Shown piece by piece: positions 48,670-59,411 of a stretch of 64,000 nucleotides of DNA. Every line of letters begins with the position of its first letter. Within the stretch, counting starts at the first letter, position 1. The notes below the pieces were generated by a model, which was not told the DNA's origin, searched no databases, and saw only the letters and a program-made list of their open reading frames with translations. The position numbers were made by a program, and so were the translations under genes. This DNA is from Prevotellaceae bacterium (GTDB lineage Bacteria > Bacteroidota > Bacteroidia > Bacteroidales > Bacteroidaceae), in assembly GCA_019420585.1 (NCBI GenBank), contig JAHZGX010000034.1, positions 36,659-100,658 of the forward strand, in the 5' to 3' direction.

Positions 48670-49362
48670 ATGGAAGTTCTATACGAAGACAATCACATCA
48701 TTGTGGTCAACAAGATGCCGGGCGAAATCGTGCAAGGGGACAAGACCGGCGATGAGCCTCTCTCGGAGACCATCAAGCATTATCTGAAGGAAAAGTACGC
48801 CAAGCCAGGCAATGTATACCTGGGAATGGTGCACCGGCTTGACCGTCCCGTGAGCGGTGCCGTGCTGTTTGCCAAGACGAGCAAGGCACTTCCACGGCTG
48901 AACAAACTCTTCTCCACCCACGAACAGGTGAGCAAGACTTACCTGGCCATCGTGGCTTCGCGCCCCCAGGCAGACGAGGGGACGCTGACCCACTGGCTGA
49001 CAAGGAACGAAAAGTCAAACACAGCCAAAGCCTATAGCCGCGAGGTGCCGGAATCAAAGAAGGCCGTACTGGACTACCGGGTCATTGGCTCATCTGAACG
49101 TTACTTTCTGCTTGAAGTGCACCTACACACAGGCAGGCACCACCAAATCAGATGCCAACTGGCAGCCATGGGATGCCCCATCAAGGGTGACCTGAAGTAT
49201 GGCGCACCACGCAGCAACCCCGATGGCAGCATCAGCCTGCATGCCTACAGTCTGAAACTGGAGCACCCCGTAACCCACCTGACACTGGAGGTAAAGGCAC
49301 CACTCCCGGAAGGCCGCCTGTGGCAATCCTTCCTCCCCGCGCTCAACGGAGTCAGTCTCTGA
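48670..49362 (+). CDS. RluA-family pseudouridine synthase
   Basis: The catalytic motif HRLDRPVSGAVLFAKT and HQIRCQLA. The start is taken at the ATG at 48670 (MEVLYEDNHIIVVNK), preceded by aaggag. An alternative start is at 48637. Confidence 0.8.
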   Translation: MEVLYEDNHIIVVNKMPGEIVQGDKTGDEPLSETIKHYLKEKYAKPGNVYLGMVHRLDRPVSGAVLFAKTSKALPRLNKLFSTHEQVSKTYLAIVASRPQADEGTLTHWLTRNEKSNTAKAYSREVPESKKAVLDYRVIGSSERYFLLEVHLHTGRHHQIRCQLAAMGCPIKGDLKYGAPRSNPDGSISLHAYSLKLEHPVTHLTLEVKAPLPEGRLWQSFLPALNGVSL

Positions 49363-50056
49363 CAGTCACACGCTTCAGCACCACCTGACGCAGCGGACGC
49401 TCATGCCCGTCAGTAGGCACTTTGCCTATGGCCTCAACCACATTCATGCCGTCAACCACCTCACCAAACACCGTGTATCCACCGTCAAGATGAGGTGCAC
49501 CCCCGCGTGTGGTATACAACTTCTTGAGCGGACCAGGAATAGGGGGAACTGCATGCAGGGTGTCAGTATCCATCATGAACTGGTGCAGTTCGGCCAGTTT
49601 TCCTGAGGAATACACCTTGCCGGTAACAATGTAGAACTGCGTGCCGCTGCTCTCCCGATTAGGGTTGATGTCATCAGGCTGGCGCGCCATGGCCAGCGCA
49701 CCCGGCTTATGAAAATGGCGCGGATAAAGTATCTCCGCCTTCACTGTATGCCTCACCGCCGAAGTATCAATTGCCGGCTTGCCGCCGTCTGCCCGCAAGA
49801 CGGGGTCTCCGCTCTGTATGGTAGACTGCTCCACGATGCGGTTCCAGACAATACCATCATAAGCCCCCATGCGCACCATACATACAAAGTTGTCCCGATG
49901 CAGCGGCGTATCATCATAGAGGCGAAGTGTTATGTCGCCCATACTAGTCTCCATCACCACTTCGGTGTGCCCTATGGCATCACGTTTCCTGTCCGAGCAA
50001 GACCCCACGAACAACGCAGCAAGTCCCATGATTATGCTCAGTGTTCCTTTCTTCAT
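49352..50056 (-). CDS. cyclophilin-type peptidyl-prolyl cis-trans isomerase, lipoprotein
   Basis: Signal/lipobox MKKGTLSIIMGLAALFVGSC, plus cyclophilin blocks (WNRIV....IQSGDP, GALAMAR...NPNRESSGTQFYIV, YTVFGEVVDGMNVVEAI). The start at 50056 is downstream of the -7 box at 50078-50085. Confidence 0.85.
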   Translation of the reverse strand: MKKGTLSIIMGLAALFVGSCSDRKRDAIGHTEVVMETSMGDITLRLYDDTPLHRDNFVCMVRMGAYDGIVWNRIVEQSTIQSGDPVLRADGGKPAIDTSAVRHTVKAEILYPRHFHKPGALAMARQPDDINPNRESSGTQFYIVTGKVYSSGKLAELHQFMMDTDTLHAVPPIPGPLKKLYTTRGGAPHLDGGYTVFGEVVDGMNVVEAIGKVPTDGHERPLRQVVLKRVTVRD

Positions 50057-50077
50057 ATTTTGTAGACTTTCGTCCCG

Positions 50078-50085
50078 CAAACTTA
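50078..50085 (-). promoter_or_regulatory. -7 promoter box TAAGTTTG (minus strand)
   Basis: The plus strand reads caaactta, 22 nt upstream of the PPIase ATG at 50056. Confidence 0.45.
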
Positions 50086-50129
50086 CGCTTTTTTCCGTCC
50101 TAAGCAATGCTGCAATGCACGCTTTTTGC

Positions 50130-50137
50130 TAATTTTG
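50130..50137 (+). promoter_or_regulatory. -7 promoter box TAATTTTG
   Basis: Matches TAnnTTTG, 36 nt upstream of the tamB ATG. Confidence 0.45.
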
Positions 50138-50172
50138 TCCCAACATTCATGAAGGAGCATCCATACTGATAC

Positions 50173-53100
50173 ATGACCAAAGTTCGGAAAAGGATTCTAC
50201 GCATCCTGTTGACAGTTGCCATTGCCCCATTGGCACTGATGTTGCTGCTCGGCATCCTGCTTTACCTGCCCCCCGTGCAGAGATGGGCGGTACGGCAAGT
50301 AACTGCTTATGCTTCGCAAGAGACAGGGCTGGCAGTCTCGGTCGATGAAGTACACCTGTCTTTCCCACTGGATTTGAAACTGGGCGGAGTGCGGGTCGAA
50401 GAACAGTCTGACACAGTGCTCTCGGTGGGCACTGTGCTTGTTGACTTTGACCTGAGCCGCCTGGCAAGGATGAGCATCGGTGTGGATGCCGTGGAACTGA
50501 CCGACGGACTGGTACACACACGCAGCATGATACCCTCGGTAAGCATTGACGGCAGACTTGAGCGTTTCCGTCTGACAGCCGATGCCATCAACCTTCGGAC
50601 ACAAAAGGTATGCGCTGCCTCGGCTCTGCTGCATGGTGCCGACATCGAGGTTACCCTGCATGAGACGGAAGAAGACCAAGACACCACCAGTACCCCCGCC
50701 CCACAATGGGTCATTGGCATCCGGCGTGCCGAAATCAGCCAAAGCCACCTGCTGCTGCACATGCCTGGTGACAGCATGAAGATAGAGACGGGCATCGGAC
50801 AGGCACTCCTGCGACAGGGAAGCATTGACCTGGCTCATGGGAGTTACAAGGCACAGACCTTCTCGCTGAAAGCCGACTCACTGCTCTACGACCTGCCCTT
50901 CGACTCCACCGCAGCCACAGGCGGTATCAATCCCTCACATATCCAACTCGGAAGCATCCACCTCAAGGCCGACAGTCTGAAATTTGTGCAAGACCCCATG
51001 CTGGTGGAATGCACCATCTCCCAAGGAGCAGCACATGAACAATGCGGACTCACACTGGATTCCCTGGCCGGACATGTACGCTGCACCAACCAAGACATCG
51101 CACTCTCCCGACTGAGCATATGCACCCCACAGAGCAGTATTACGGGCAGGGGCAGGATGGATTTTACAACTTTCACACCTCATGCAGGCGGTCAACTAGC
51201 GCTCCACGTCCAGGGACACATAGCCATGCAAGACATTTCTGCGGCTGCCGGAGACAATCTGCCCATAGGCATGCGCAACGCCTTTGCCGCCCAAGCAGCA
51301 GACTTCCGGGCAGAAGCCAACGGCAACATGGACATGCTGAACGTGGATACGCTGGCACTCACCATACCCTCCGTGGCCGACCTGAGAGCACATGGCCACC
51401 TGGCCAACCTGCTTTCCGCAGATAGTCTGGGAGGAAACATGAAGTGGGACTTGCGCACCATGAACCTCGATGGTGTGCGTCGCTGGCTCGGACTTTCAGG
51501 CGTGACCTTTCCCGCCACCACGCTTCATGCCGTCACAGAAATGCGTCCCGGCAACCAAGTAAGCGTGGACGCGCTGGCAGCACAACGCAACGGACACGCC
51601 AGGCTGACTCTAAAGGCAGACCTGCACAGCATGGCTTATCATGCACGGACAACCATACGCGACTGGAGATTAGGTGACTGGCTGCCGCAAAGCGGACTGC
51701 GCCACCTCACGGCACAAGCCTCAGTCAAAGGCAGGGGTACCGATTTCCTGTCAAAACGTACCAGTATTAATGGACAACTCCGCATTGACTCCTTGGCCTA
51801 CAAGACATGGAACCTAGGCAACATGGGACTTGATGCCAACCTGCGCCAAGGCATAGGACAGATGCAACTGATCAGTAAAAACCAGTTGATTGACCTACTT
51901 GCACGTGCTGACGTGCACATCCAAAAGCACAAAGTGAAGGCTTCAACTTTCAGTATGGACTTGAACAGCCTGGACCTGCACGCACTTCACCTGGCCAAGG
52001 ACACCATGAAAGCCAGCATGAAGATGCACTTTGAGGGAAGTTCAGACTTGCGGCAGACCCACGCACTGGATGCGCATGCCGACCACATTACACTGACTCT
52101 GAAAGACACCATTTTCCATCCCGTGAACCTGGGAGCACGGCTACGCTTGTCACCGGACAGCATTTTGGCCGAAGCCTCAGCAGGTGACCTGGAACTGAAG
52201 GCTGCCTCGCCACACGGTCTGGACTCGCTCATGGCATATGGCCAACGGCTGTGGGACGAGATAGACACAGAGGTCGACAGCATGCACCTTGACCAAGAGA
52301 AACTGAAGCAGATGCTGCCCACCCTACAGTTCCACCTGACATGCGGCACGCGCAATCCGGTAAACAATTTCCTGAGAAGCGCATCAGGCTACTCTTTTGA
52401 CCAACTGCATCTTGACTTGAATTCCTGTCCGCAGGCTGGCCTTAAAGGCAACGGACACCTGTACACTCTAAATACAGGTGCCATACTGCTGGATACCATC
52501 CAGTGGAGCATCGCACAAGATGACGAGGGGGTGACACTGAAATCACGCATAAGAAACGGGCTGAAGAACCGCGTAGTGTCCTTTCAGTCAACCTTACAGG
52601 CACGCCTAACATCCAACGGCACCGCCATCCACCTCGACTATATTGATGCCAAGGGGAAGAAAGGAGTGGACCTGGGCCTGGAAGCCAACGTGACAGCAGA
52701 GGGCATCAAGGTACACATGACACCGCTCAAACCCATCATCGCCTACCGGAGATTCACGCTCAACGAGGACAACTATATAGAGTTCTCCAGGCAAGGCAAA
52801 CTTCTTGCTCTGGTAGACCTCCTGGCCGATGATGGCACTGGACTCAAGATATACTCCACTCCTAACGAAGATGCAAAGCAGGACATTTCACTCAGCATGC
52901 ACAACATCAACATGGCCGAACTGACCAGTGTGATGCCCTATGCTCCCCGGCTAGGTGGACTGCTGCATGGTGACATACACTACATGCAAGCCGACAGCAC
53001 CACTACCGTGTCAGCCGACATGGGCATACGCAAACTGATATACGAGGACACCCCCATGGGTGACATGGGACTGAATGCCATTTATTTCCCTAACTCTGAC

Positions 53101-54840
53101 GGAAGTCACCACGTCAACGCCGTGGTCACACAGAACGACAACGAAATAGCCATGCTGGCGGGCACCTACCATGAGGAAGATGGGCAGGGTCTGATAAATG
53201 CCGAAGCTACTCTGGAAAACCTGCCGCTGAGTCTTGCCAATGCATTTTTGCCCAAAGGGACAGTAAGTCTAAAGGGAGCCACCTCTGGAATCCTGAGCGT
53301 GTCAGGACCCACATCAAACCCACTTTTCACAGGGACACTGGCCACACAGTCCATGCATGTACTGGCCGAGGACTATAGCGTGGATCTCACCATACCCGAT
53401 GACACTCTGCACATCACTGGCAGTCATCTGGACTTCGACCGCATAGAAGCATACGCTGCAGGCAACTCACCACTGACCCTCGATGGTTCAGTAGACTTCA
53501 GTGACCTGGAAAGAATCAAACTGTCAGTGGACATCAACGCCAAGAATTACAAACTCATCGATGCTCCGCAAAGCCATACTGCCCTAACCTACGGTAAAGT
53601 ATACGTAGACATGAGTGCACGTGCATGGGGCACGCTGGACAACCTGAAGGTACGGGGACAGTTGACCGTGTTGGGCAACACAGACGTGACCTACGTACTG
53701 CGCGACTCACCCATCACCGTTAAGGATCAACTTTCGGACATCGTGACATTCTGCGACTTCTCCGATACCACACACGTCCAACCTATCCAAAAACGGGGAC
53801 AAAGCGTGGACGCACTTATTGTGCTCTCAGTGGAACAAGCGGCTCAGGTGCACTGCATGCTCAGTGAGAACGGTTCCGACTACGTGGACTTACAGGGAGG
53901 CGGCGAACTGACCTTAACTTACGACTTGGAAAACGACATGCGCCTATACGGCCGCTACACCATAGAACAAGGCATGATGCGCTACTCCATCATGGCCATA
54001 CCTCTCAATGATTTCAAAATACAGAGCGGAAGTTATGTGGAGTTCACCGGAAACGTGAGCAATCCCACTCTAGGCATAAGTGCCAGTGAGCGGGTAAAAG
54101 CCAGCGTGACAGAAAATGATGTGCCGCGCAACGTGGCCTTCGATGTAGGTCTTGCACTCAGCAAGACGCTGGAGGACATGGGACTGGCATTCACCTTGGA
54201 TGCCCCGGAAGACATGACAGTGCAGAACGAACTGTCGGCCATGTCGGTCGAGGAAAGAGGACGTGTGGCTGTGACCATGCTGGTGACAGGTATGTATATG
54301 ACAGATGACTTCAACTTCAAGAGTGGATTCAGTTACGCAAACACACTGAACGCTTACCTGCAGAGTGCCATTAACAACATTGCCGGACAGGCTCTCTCCA
54401 CGGTGGATCTCAGTTTCGGCATAGAGAACAGCACCACTGCATCAGGCGGCACAACTACAGACTATAGTTTCAGTTTCCGCAAGCGTTTCTGGGGCAACCG
54501 CATTAGCTTAGTACTAGGCGGCAAGGTAAGTTCGGGCAGTGAAGCGGAGAACAACGGGCAGACAATCATCGATAACGTGTCACTGGAGTACAAACTTGAC
54601 AATGGGGCAAGCCGCTACGTACGCCTCTATTACGACCGTAACCATCAATCACTGATAGAAGGCGAACTCACGGAAATGGGAGCGGGATTGGTGCTGAGAA
54701 GACGTACCAACCGGCTACGCGACCTGTTCCGCTTCCGCAAACAACCGGACGAACTTCCCATGCAAAGCAAGTCCCGGAAAACTGGCAGCAGAACGGTTAA
54801 CTCACAGGAGACCGTGACACAAGACAAGAAAGAGAAATGA
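50173..54840 (+). CDS. tamB: translocation and assembly module protein TamB (DUF490 family)
   Basis: 1555 aa with a single N-terminal TM anchor and a long beta-rich body. The C-terminal DUF490-like region ends in ...YYDRNHQSLIEGELTEMGAGLVLRRR. It is followed by an Omp85 partner with an ATGA overlap. Confidence 0.8.
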   Translation: MTKVRKRILRILLTVAIAPLALMLLLGILLYLPPVQRWAVRQVTAYASQETGLAVSVDEVHLSFPLDLKLGGVRVEEQSDTVLSVGTVLVDFDLSRLARMSIGVDAVELTDGLVHTRSMIPSVSIDGRLERFRLTADAINLRTQKVCAASALLHGADIEVTLHETEEDQDTTSTPAPQWVIGIRRAEISQSHLLLHMPGDSMKIETGIGQALLRQGSIDLAHGSYKAQTFSLKADSLLYDLPFDSTAATGGINPSHIQLGSIHLKADSLKFVQDPMLVECTISQGAAHEQCGLTLDSLAGHVRCTNQDIALSRLSICTPQSSITGRGRMDFTTFTPHAGGQLALHVQGHIAMQDISAAAGDNLPIGMRNAFAAQAADFRAEANGNMDMLNVDTLALTIPSVADLRAHGHLANLLSADSLGGNMKWDLRTMNLDGVRRWLGLSGVTFPATTLHAVTEMRPGNQVSVDALAAQRNGHARLTLKADLHSMAYHARTTIRDWRLGDWLPQSGLRHLTAQASVKGRGTDFLSKRTSINGQLRIDSLAYKTWNLGNMGLDANLRQGIGQMQLISKNQLIDLLARADVHIQKHKVKASTFSMDLNSLDLHALHLAKDTMKASMKMHFEGSSDLRQTHALDAHADHITLTLKDTIFHPVNLGARLRLSPDSILAEASAGDLELKAASPHGLDSLMAYGQRLWDEIDTEVDSMHLDQEKLKQMLPTLQFHLTCGTRNPVNNFLRSASGYSFDQLHLDLNSCPQAGLKGNGHLYTLNTGAILLDTIQWSIAQDDEGVTLKSRIRNGLKNRVVSFQSTLQARLTSNGTAIHLDYIDAKGKKGVDLGLEANVTAEGIKVHMTPLKPIIAYRRFTLNEDNYIEFSRQGKLLALVDLLADDGTGLKIYSTPNEDAKQDISLSMHNINMAELTSVMPYAPRLGGLLHGDIHYMQADSTTTVSADMGIRKLIYEDTPMGDMGLNAIYFPNSDGSHHVNAVVTQNDNEIAMLAGTYHEEDGQGLINAEATLENLPLSLANAFLPKGTVSLKGATSGILSVSGPTSNPLFTGTLATQSMHVLAEDYSVDLTIPDDTLHITGSHLDFDRIEAYAAGNSPLTLDGSVDFSDLERIKLSVDINAKNYKLIDAPQSHTALTYGKVYVDMSARAWGTLDNLKVRGQLTVLGNTDVTYVLRDSPITVKDQLSDIVTFCDFSDTTHVQPIQKRGQSVDALIVLSVEQAAQVHCMLSENGSDYVDLQGGGELTLTYDLENDMRLYGRYTIEQGMMRYSIMAIPLNDFKIQSGSYVEFTGNVSNPTLGISASERVKASVTENDVPRNVAFDVGLALSKTLEDMGLAFTLDAPEDMTVQNELSAMSVEERGRVAVTMLVTGMYMTDDFNFKSGFSYANTLNAYLQSAINNIAGQALSTVDLSFGIENSTTASGGTTTDYSFSFRKRFWGNRISLVLGGKVSSGSEAENNGQTIIDNVSLEYKLDNGASRYVRLYYDRNHQSLIEGELTEMGAGLVLRRRTNRLRDLFRFRKQPDELPMQSKSRKTGSRTVNSQETVTQDKKEK

Positions 54841-57299
54841 GAAAGATCATACACGCGCTGATACTCACCATCGCAGTGCTCTCCCTGTCAGCCTGCTCCA
54901 CCACCAGCAACCTGCTGGAGGGCGAGACCCTGTACCGTGGCATCAAGGGACTGGAATACAACCAGCCCGCCACACAGGAGGCGGATACCATCCGTGAAGG
55001 AGTAATCACGGCACTGGCCGATGCCTATTCCAAGGTTGAAGGGCTGCTGACGGGCGACATCAAGGCCGCACAGCCACAGCAAAGCGAGCAAGAGAAGCGT
55101 GACAGCCTGAAACGTGCAAGCCGTATTGACCAATTGGCAAGCGCTGAGGCCAAGGAAGAGGTGGAGGCTGTACTGGCCTATGCTCCCAACGGCGCACTGA
55201 TGGGCAGCAGCCATGTGACCCATCCATTCCCAGTACGGTTGTGGATATACAACCGCTACGTAAACAGCCGCCGCCGTTTCGGGCGCTGGATGTTCCGCCA
55301 TTTCGCTGCCACACCGGTGTACATAAGCACGGTGAACCCAAAGACGCGATGTACCGTAGCACAGAATACCTTGCGCGGGAAAGGCTACTTCCAGGCCCAT
55401 GTCACACACGACACCATCCCCATGAACCACCCTCGCAAGGCCAAGTTGACCTACCGAGTGGAGACCGGCCCCCTGTTCCATCTGGACAGCATAGCCTACC
55501 AACTCTTTTCTCAGCGCGCCGACAGCATCATCAAAGCCACAATGCCAAGGAAACGACTGCTGTCACGAGGCGACCCCTTCTGCGTGGCCACCTTGGACAA
55601 GGAGCGTACCAGGCTATCAGAGACTTTCAGAAATGCCGGATATTACTTCTTCCGTCCCTCTTACATTACATTCCGGGCCGACACGCTGCAGGCTCCGCTC
55701 CGTGTGGCACTGCAGGTGAGACCGTCTGACAGCGCACCGCGGGATGCCCTGCATCCTTATTACATCGGCAACACACGACTGACCGTACTGCAAAACGGAC
55801 TGACACAAGTAACCGACAGCATCAGTGTGAAAGGATTCACTTACCGTTACAGCACTTCCGGAAAAAGGGCACCGCTGCATGCAGGTACGGTCATGCGCCA
55901 CTGCACCATGAAGCGGGGCGATCTCTTCAGCCAGCAGGCAGAGGAGCAGATGCAGAAGAAACTGCTCTCCACCAACCTTTTCTCCGCGCTCAACATACGC
56001 TATGTACCACGTGACTCTTCCTTCACCGGTGACACCCTTGACCTGGACATACAGGCCATGCTCGCCAAACCGTACGATGGAGAATTTCAGGCCGGACTCA
56101 CGGCAAAGAGCAACGGACAAGTGGGACCGGGCATCACATTCGGGATGAAAAAGCACAACGCGTTCCGTGGAGGTGAGACCCTGGGGCTGAAGGCATGGGG
56201 CTCGTATGAATGGCAAACAGGTGCCGATGTGCCTCAGGACAGGTCGCTGCTCAATTCCTATGAGTACGGAGCCAACCTCTCTCTGTCCTGGCCACGGCTG
56301 ATTCCCTTCTTCCTAGAACGCAGGAAGCCCTATCGCACGACTTCCACAGACGTGCAACTAGACGGACGCGCCATGAGCCGAGCCGGATATTTCTCGCGTG
56401 TGTCACTCAGCACATCGTTCTCCTACACCATACAGAACGGCACTAATGAGCAACACCAGTTCACGTTGCTCTCGCTTGACTACCAGTCTCTGCAACATAC
56501 CACAGCACGCTTCGACAGCATCACAAATGCCAATCAAGCCCTGTATGTATCCATGCGTGACCAGTTTGTTCCCAGCATGGAGTACACTTACACCTGGACG
56601 AGCAAAAAGCACCACCCGCGCTCACTCCGCGTCAGTGTGAAGGAGGCAGGCAACCTCACCTCACTGGTCTATGCTGCCTGCGGGCAAGACCTGAGCCGGA
56701 AAGGCAAGAAGATGTTGGGAGTTCCCTTTGCACAATACCTGCGCGTCACCGCCCAGTATACCCATCGGTTCCCTCTGACACGCCGCAGCAGCCTGGCCAC
56801 ACGTGTCATGGGAGGCGTTGCCTATAGTTACGGCAATGCCGTCATCCCTCCTTACTCCGACCTCTTCACCGTGGGCGGAGCATGCAGCGTGAGGGCTTTC
56901 AGCGTGCGCAGTATCGGACCGGGGCGCCATCATCCCGGCAAGAGCCAGTATTCATACGTTGACCAAGCGGGTGACATGAAACTGGAAGCCAATGTGGAAT
57001 ACCGCTTCCCTATCGTGGGAAAACTCTACGGAGCGACCTTCTTGGATGCAGGAAACGTGTGGTTGCTGCGCCGCACAGACAACATGGAAGAAGGACAATT
57101 CAGTCTGCGGCATCTAGGACGGGACATAGCCTTGGGCACAGGAGCCGGACTTAGGTATGACCTTGACTTCCTGGTCATACGTTTTGATGTAGGCGTAGGG
57201 CTGCATGCACCCTATGATACAGGCAAGAGCGGTTACTATAACATGACACGCTTCTCACGCTCACTGGGTTACCATCTGGCCATCGGTTATCCCTTCTGA
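54837..57299 (+). CDS. Omp85/BamA-family outer-membrane protein, lipoprotein form (TamL-like partner of TamB)
   Basis: Lipobox LSLSAC, POTRA-like region, and a C-terminal bacterial-surface-antigen barrel (GGACSVRAF..., LEANVEYRFP, FLDAGNVW, ending HLAIGYPF). Confidence 0.8.
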   Translation: MRKIIHALILTIAVLSLSACSTTSNLLEGETLYRGIKGLEYNQPATQEADTIREGVITALADAYSKVEGLLTGDIKAAQPQQSEQEKRDSLKRASRIDQLASAEAKEEVEAVLAYAPNGALMGSSHVTHPFPVRLWIYNRYVNSRRRFGRWMFRHFAATPVYISTVNPKTRCTVAQNTLRGKGYFQAHVTHDTIPMNHPRKAKLTYRVETGPLFHLDSIAYQLFSQRADSIIKATMPRKRLLSRGDPFCVATLDKERTRLSETFRNAGYYFFRPSYITFRADTLQAPLRVALQVRPSDSAPRDALHPYYIGNTRLTVLQNGLTQVTDSISVKGFTYRYSTSGKRAPLHAGTVMRHCTMKRGDLFSQQAEEQMQKKLLSTNLFSALNIRYVPRDSSFTGDTLDLDIQAMLAKPYDGEFQAGLTAKSNGQVGPGITFGMKKHNAFRGGETLGLKAWGSYEWQTGADVPQDRSLLNSYEYGANLSLSWPRLIPFFLERRKPYRTTSTDVQLDGRAMSRAGYFSRVSLSTSFSYTIQNGTNEQHQFTLLSLDYQSLQHTTARFDSITNANQALYVSMRDQFVPSMEYTYTWTSKKHHPRSLRVSVKEAGNLTSLVYAACGQDLSRKGKKMLGVPFAQYLRVTAQYTHRFPLTRRSSLATRVMGGVAYSYGNAVIPPYSDLFTVGGACSVRAFSVRSIGPGRHHPGKSQYSYVDQAGDMKLEANVEYRFPIVGKLYGATFLDAGNVWLLRRTDNMEEGQFSLRHLGRDIALGTGAGLRYDLDFLVIRFDVGVGLHAPYDTGKSGYYNMTRFSRSLGYHLAIGYPF

Positions 57300-57493
57300 G
57301 CCATCTCCCACACTTCAAATTCCGCGGTAGAGCGCCCGCATAGACATTCCAGTCACCCGGTTCTCCGGTCTCACTCCACTGCACGAAACACGAAACAGCG
57401 TGAGCAAGGCAAGTCCACCACCATGAGGTGGGCATGCCATGCTTTTTCGCAACAAAACGACTTGCCGCCTGTGGTCGGTTGAAATAAATGTGT

Positions 57494-57501
57494 TACATTT
57501 G
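57494..57501 (+). promoter_or_regulatory. -7 promoter box TACATTTG
   Basis: Matches TAnnTTTG, 77 nt upstream of the ATG at 57578. Confidence 0.4.
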
Positions 57502-57577
57502 TCCCCGTGATGAAGCAAAGCCTCTCACCCAAGCAAGGAAAAAAAGAATACCTATATAAACAAGGAGGAAAAGAAAC

Positions 57578-58492
57578 ATGAAACCTACATTATTCCTGCT
57601 GGCAGCAGGTATGGGAAGCCGCTACGGCGGTCTCAAGCAGTTGGATACCCTGGGTCCACAAGGACAGAGTATCATGGACTACAGCATTTACGATGCCATT
57701 CAGGCCGGATTCGGAAAGATTGTGTGGGTCATCCGACGCGACTTCGAGCAGCAGTTCCGCGAGCAAATCCTAAGCAAGTACGAAGGTCATGTGCCCTGCG
57801 AACTCTGCTTCCAAAGCCTGGATGCCCTGCCGGAAGGATTTACCGTACCCGAGGGGCGCACCAAGCCATGGGGCACCAACCATGCCGTGATGATGGGCGA
57901 AGAAGTCATACACGAGCCTTTTGCCGTGCTCAATTGCGATGACTTCTATGACCGCGATGCATTCCGTGTGATGGGTAAGTTCCTCTCAGAACTGCCTGAA
58001 GGCAGCACTGGGAAGTATGCCATGGTGGGATTCCGCGTGGGCAACACTCTCTCAGAAAGCGGAACCGTGAGCCGCGGCGTATGTGAGAACGATGAGCAGA
58101 CTCACCTGCTGACCAGCGTGGTGGAGCGCACAAAGATTGAGCGTCACGGAGACACCGTGCAATATCTTGATGAGAACGAACAATGGGTGAGCATCCCAGA
58201 CACAACTCCCGTGAGCATGAACTTCTGGGGATTCACTCCTGACTACTTTGAGCACAGCAAGGCTTACTTCCGTCAGTTCCTTGCCGATCCCAAGAACCAG
58301 CAGAACCTCAAGAGTGAGTTCTTCATCCCACTGATGGTCGACAGCCTCATCAAGCAGAAGAAAGCCACCTGCGAGGTGCTCGACACCACCAGCAAGTGGT
58401 TTGGCGTGACTTATCCAGAAGACCGCCCCGAGGTGGTGGCCAAACTGGCAGCCCTGCACGCACAGGGACAGTACCCCGACAAGATGTTCTGA
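57578..58492 (+). CDS. sugar-phosphate nucleotidyltransferase family protein
   Basis: N-terminal LLAAGMGSRYGGLKQLD (the G-x-G-[ST]-R motif) and KPWGTNHAV. Substrate unknown. Confidence 0.7.
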   Translation: MKPTLFLLAAGMGSRYGGLKQLDTLGPQGQSIMDYSIYDAIQAGFGKIVWVIRRDFEQQFREQILSKYEGHVPCELCFQSLDALPEGFTVPEGRTKPWGTNHAVMMGEEVIHEPFAVLNCDDFYDRDAFRVMGKFLSELPEGSTGKYAMVGFRVGNTLSESGTVSRGVCENDEQTHLLTSVVERTKIERHGDTVQYLDENEQWVSIPDTTPVSMNFWGFTPDYFEHSKAYFRQFLADPKNQQNLKSEFFIPLMVDSLIKQKKATCEVLDTTSKWFGVTYPEDRPEVVAKLAALHAQGQYPDKMF

Positions 58493-58548
58493 TCCGGCAC
58501 ACACGCCTCACCGCCAACACCATGGCGGCATGAGGGCAAGATTCTAAA

Positions 58549-58597
58549 AGCCCTGACAGGGCAGACTATCAAGAGTCTGTCTTGTTAGGGCTTTCTT
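58549..58597 (+). terminator. long hairpin terminator between convergent genes
   Basis: 18-bp stem gccctgacagggcagact / agtctgtcttgttagggc (three G-U pairs on the plus strand), 6-nt loop, then TTTCTT. An A-run upstream could also serve the minus strand. Confidence 0.7.
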
Positions 58598-58625
58598 GTA
58601 TGCAGGGAAGAGGCAGAGCACATGC

Positions 58626-59390
58626 TCAAATATCAAGCACTAGTCCATCGTAAGCAAAATGGAAACCTTCGGGCAGCAGGGTTTCTTGCTCGGCATGTAA
58701 CCCCATTTGGTCACCCATGTGTATGAAGTATGTGGGGAAGTCGCCGGGAATCGATCGACGAAACTCGATAGCCTGGCCGAGGGACTGATGGGTGGGATGG
58801 GGAGTGTGTCTCAGTGCATTGACCACCAGCAAGCTGATGCCTTCAAGCAGGGGACGTGACTCATCGGGCAAGGAGGTCATGTCGGTGATGTAAGCCACAT
58901 CGCCAACACGAAAGCCCAAGATGGGCAACTGCCCGTGCATGACACGCAGTGCCGTCACCTTCACCCCCTCCACGCTGACGCTCTCACCAGGAGCCATGAC
59001 ACGCAGTTTCAACTGCGGAATACCGGGATACTGGTGCTGCACCAGGCAGTAAGGCAACCTCTGCCGCAGGTTGCCCGCCGCATAATCGTCGGCATAGAGA
59101 GGCACGTCACGCAGATAACTGAAAGGACGCAGATCATCAATACCGCCCACGTGATCATAGTGTTCATGGGTGATGAATACCGCATGTATGGGTGACGAGA
59201 AGCGTGCACGGAGCATCTGATAGCGGAAATCGGGGCTGCAGTCCAACAAGATATTGGTGTCGCCCTGCTGGAAAAGAGCCGAACAACGCAGGCGGTTGTC
59301 ACGCGGGTCTGTGCTGGTACACACCTCACACTGGCATCCTATGCGCGGAACACCGCAACTGGTGCCAGTGCCCAGGAAAGTGAGTCGCAT
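58626..59390 (-). CDS. MBL-fold metallo-hydrolase (PhnP-like)
   Basis: MRLTFLGTGTSCGVPRIGCQCEVC start and the HxHxDH motif (ITHEHYDHVGG). An alternative upstream start is at 59408. Confidence 0.8.
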   Translation of the reverse strand: MRLTFLGTGTSCGVPRIGCQCEVCTSTDPRDNRLRCSALFQQGDTNILLDCSPDFRYQMLRARFSSPIHAVFITHEHYDHVGGIDDLRPFSYLRDVPLYADDYAAGNLRQRLPYCLVQHQYPGIPQLKLRVMAPGESVSVEGVKVTALRVMHGQLPILGFRVGDVAYITDMTSLPDESRPLLEGISLLVVNALRHTPHPTHQSLGQAIEFRRSIPGDFPTYFIHMGDQMGLHAEQETLLPEGFHFAYDGLVLDI

Positions 59391-59411
59391 GCTGCCATTG
59401 CCCTCCATGGC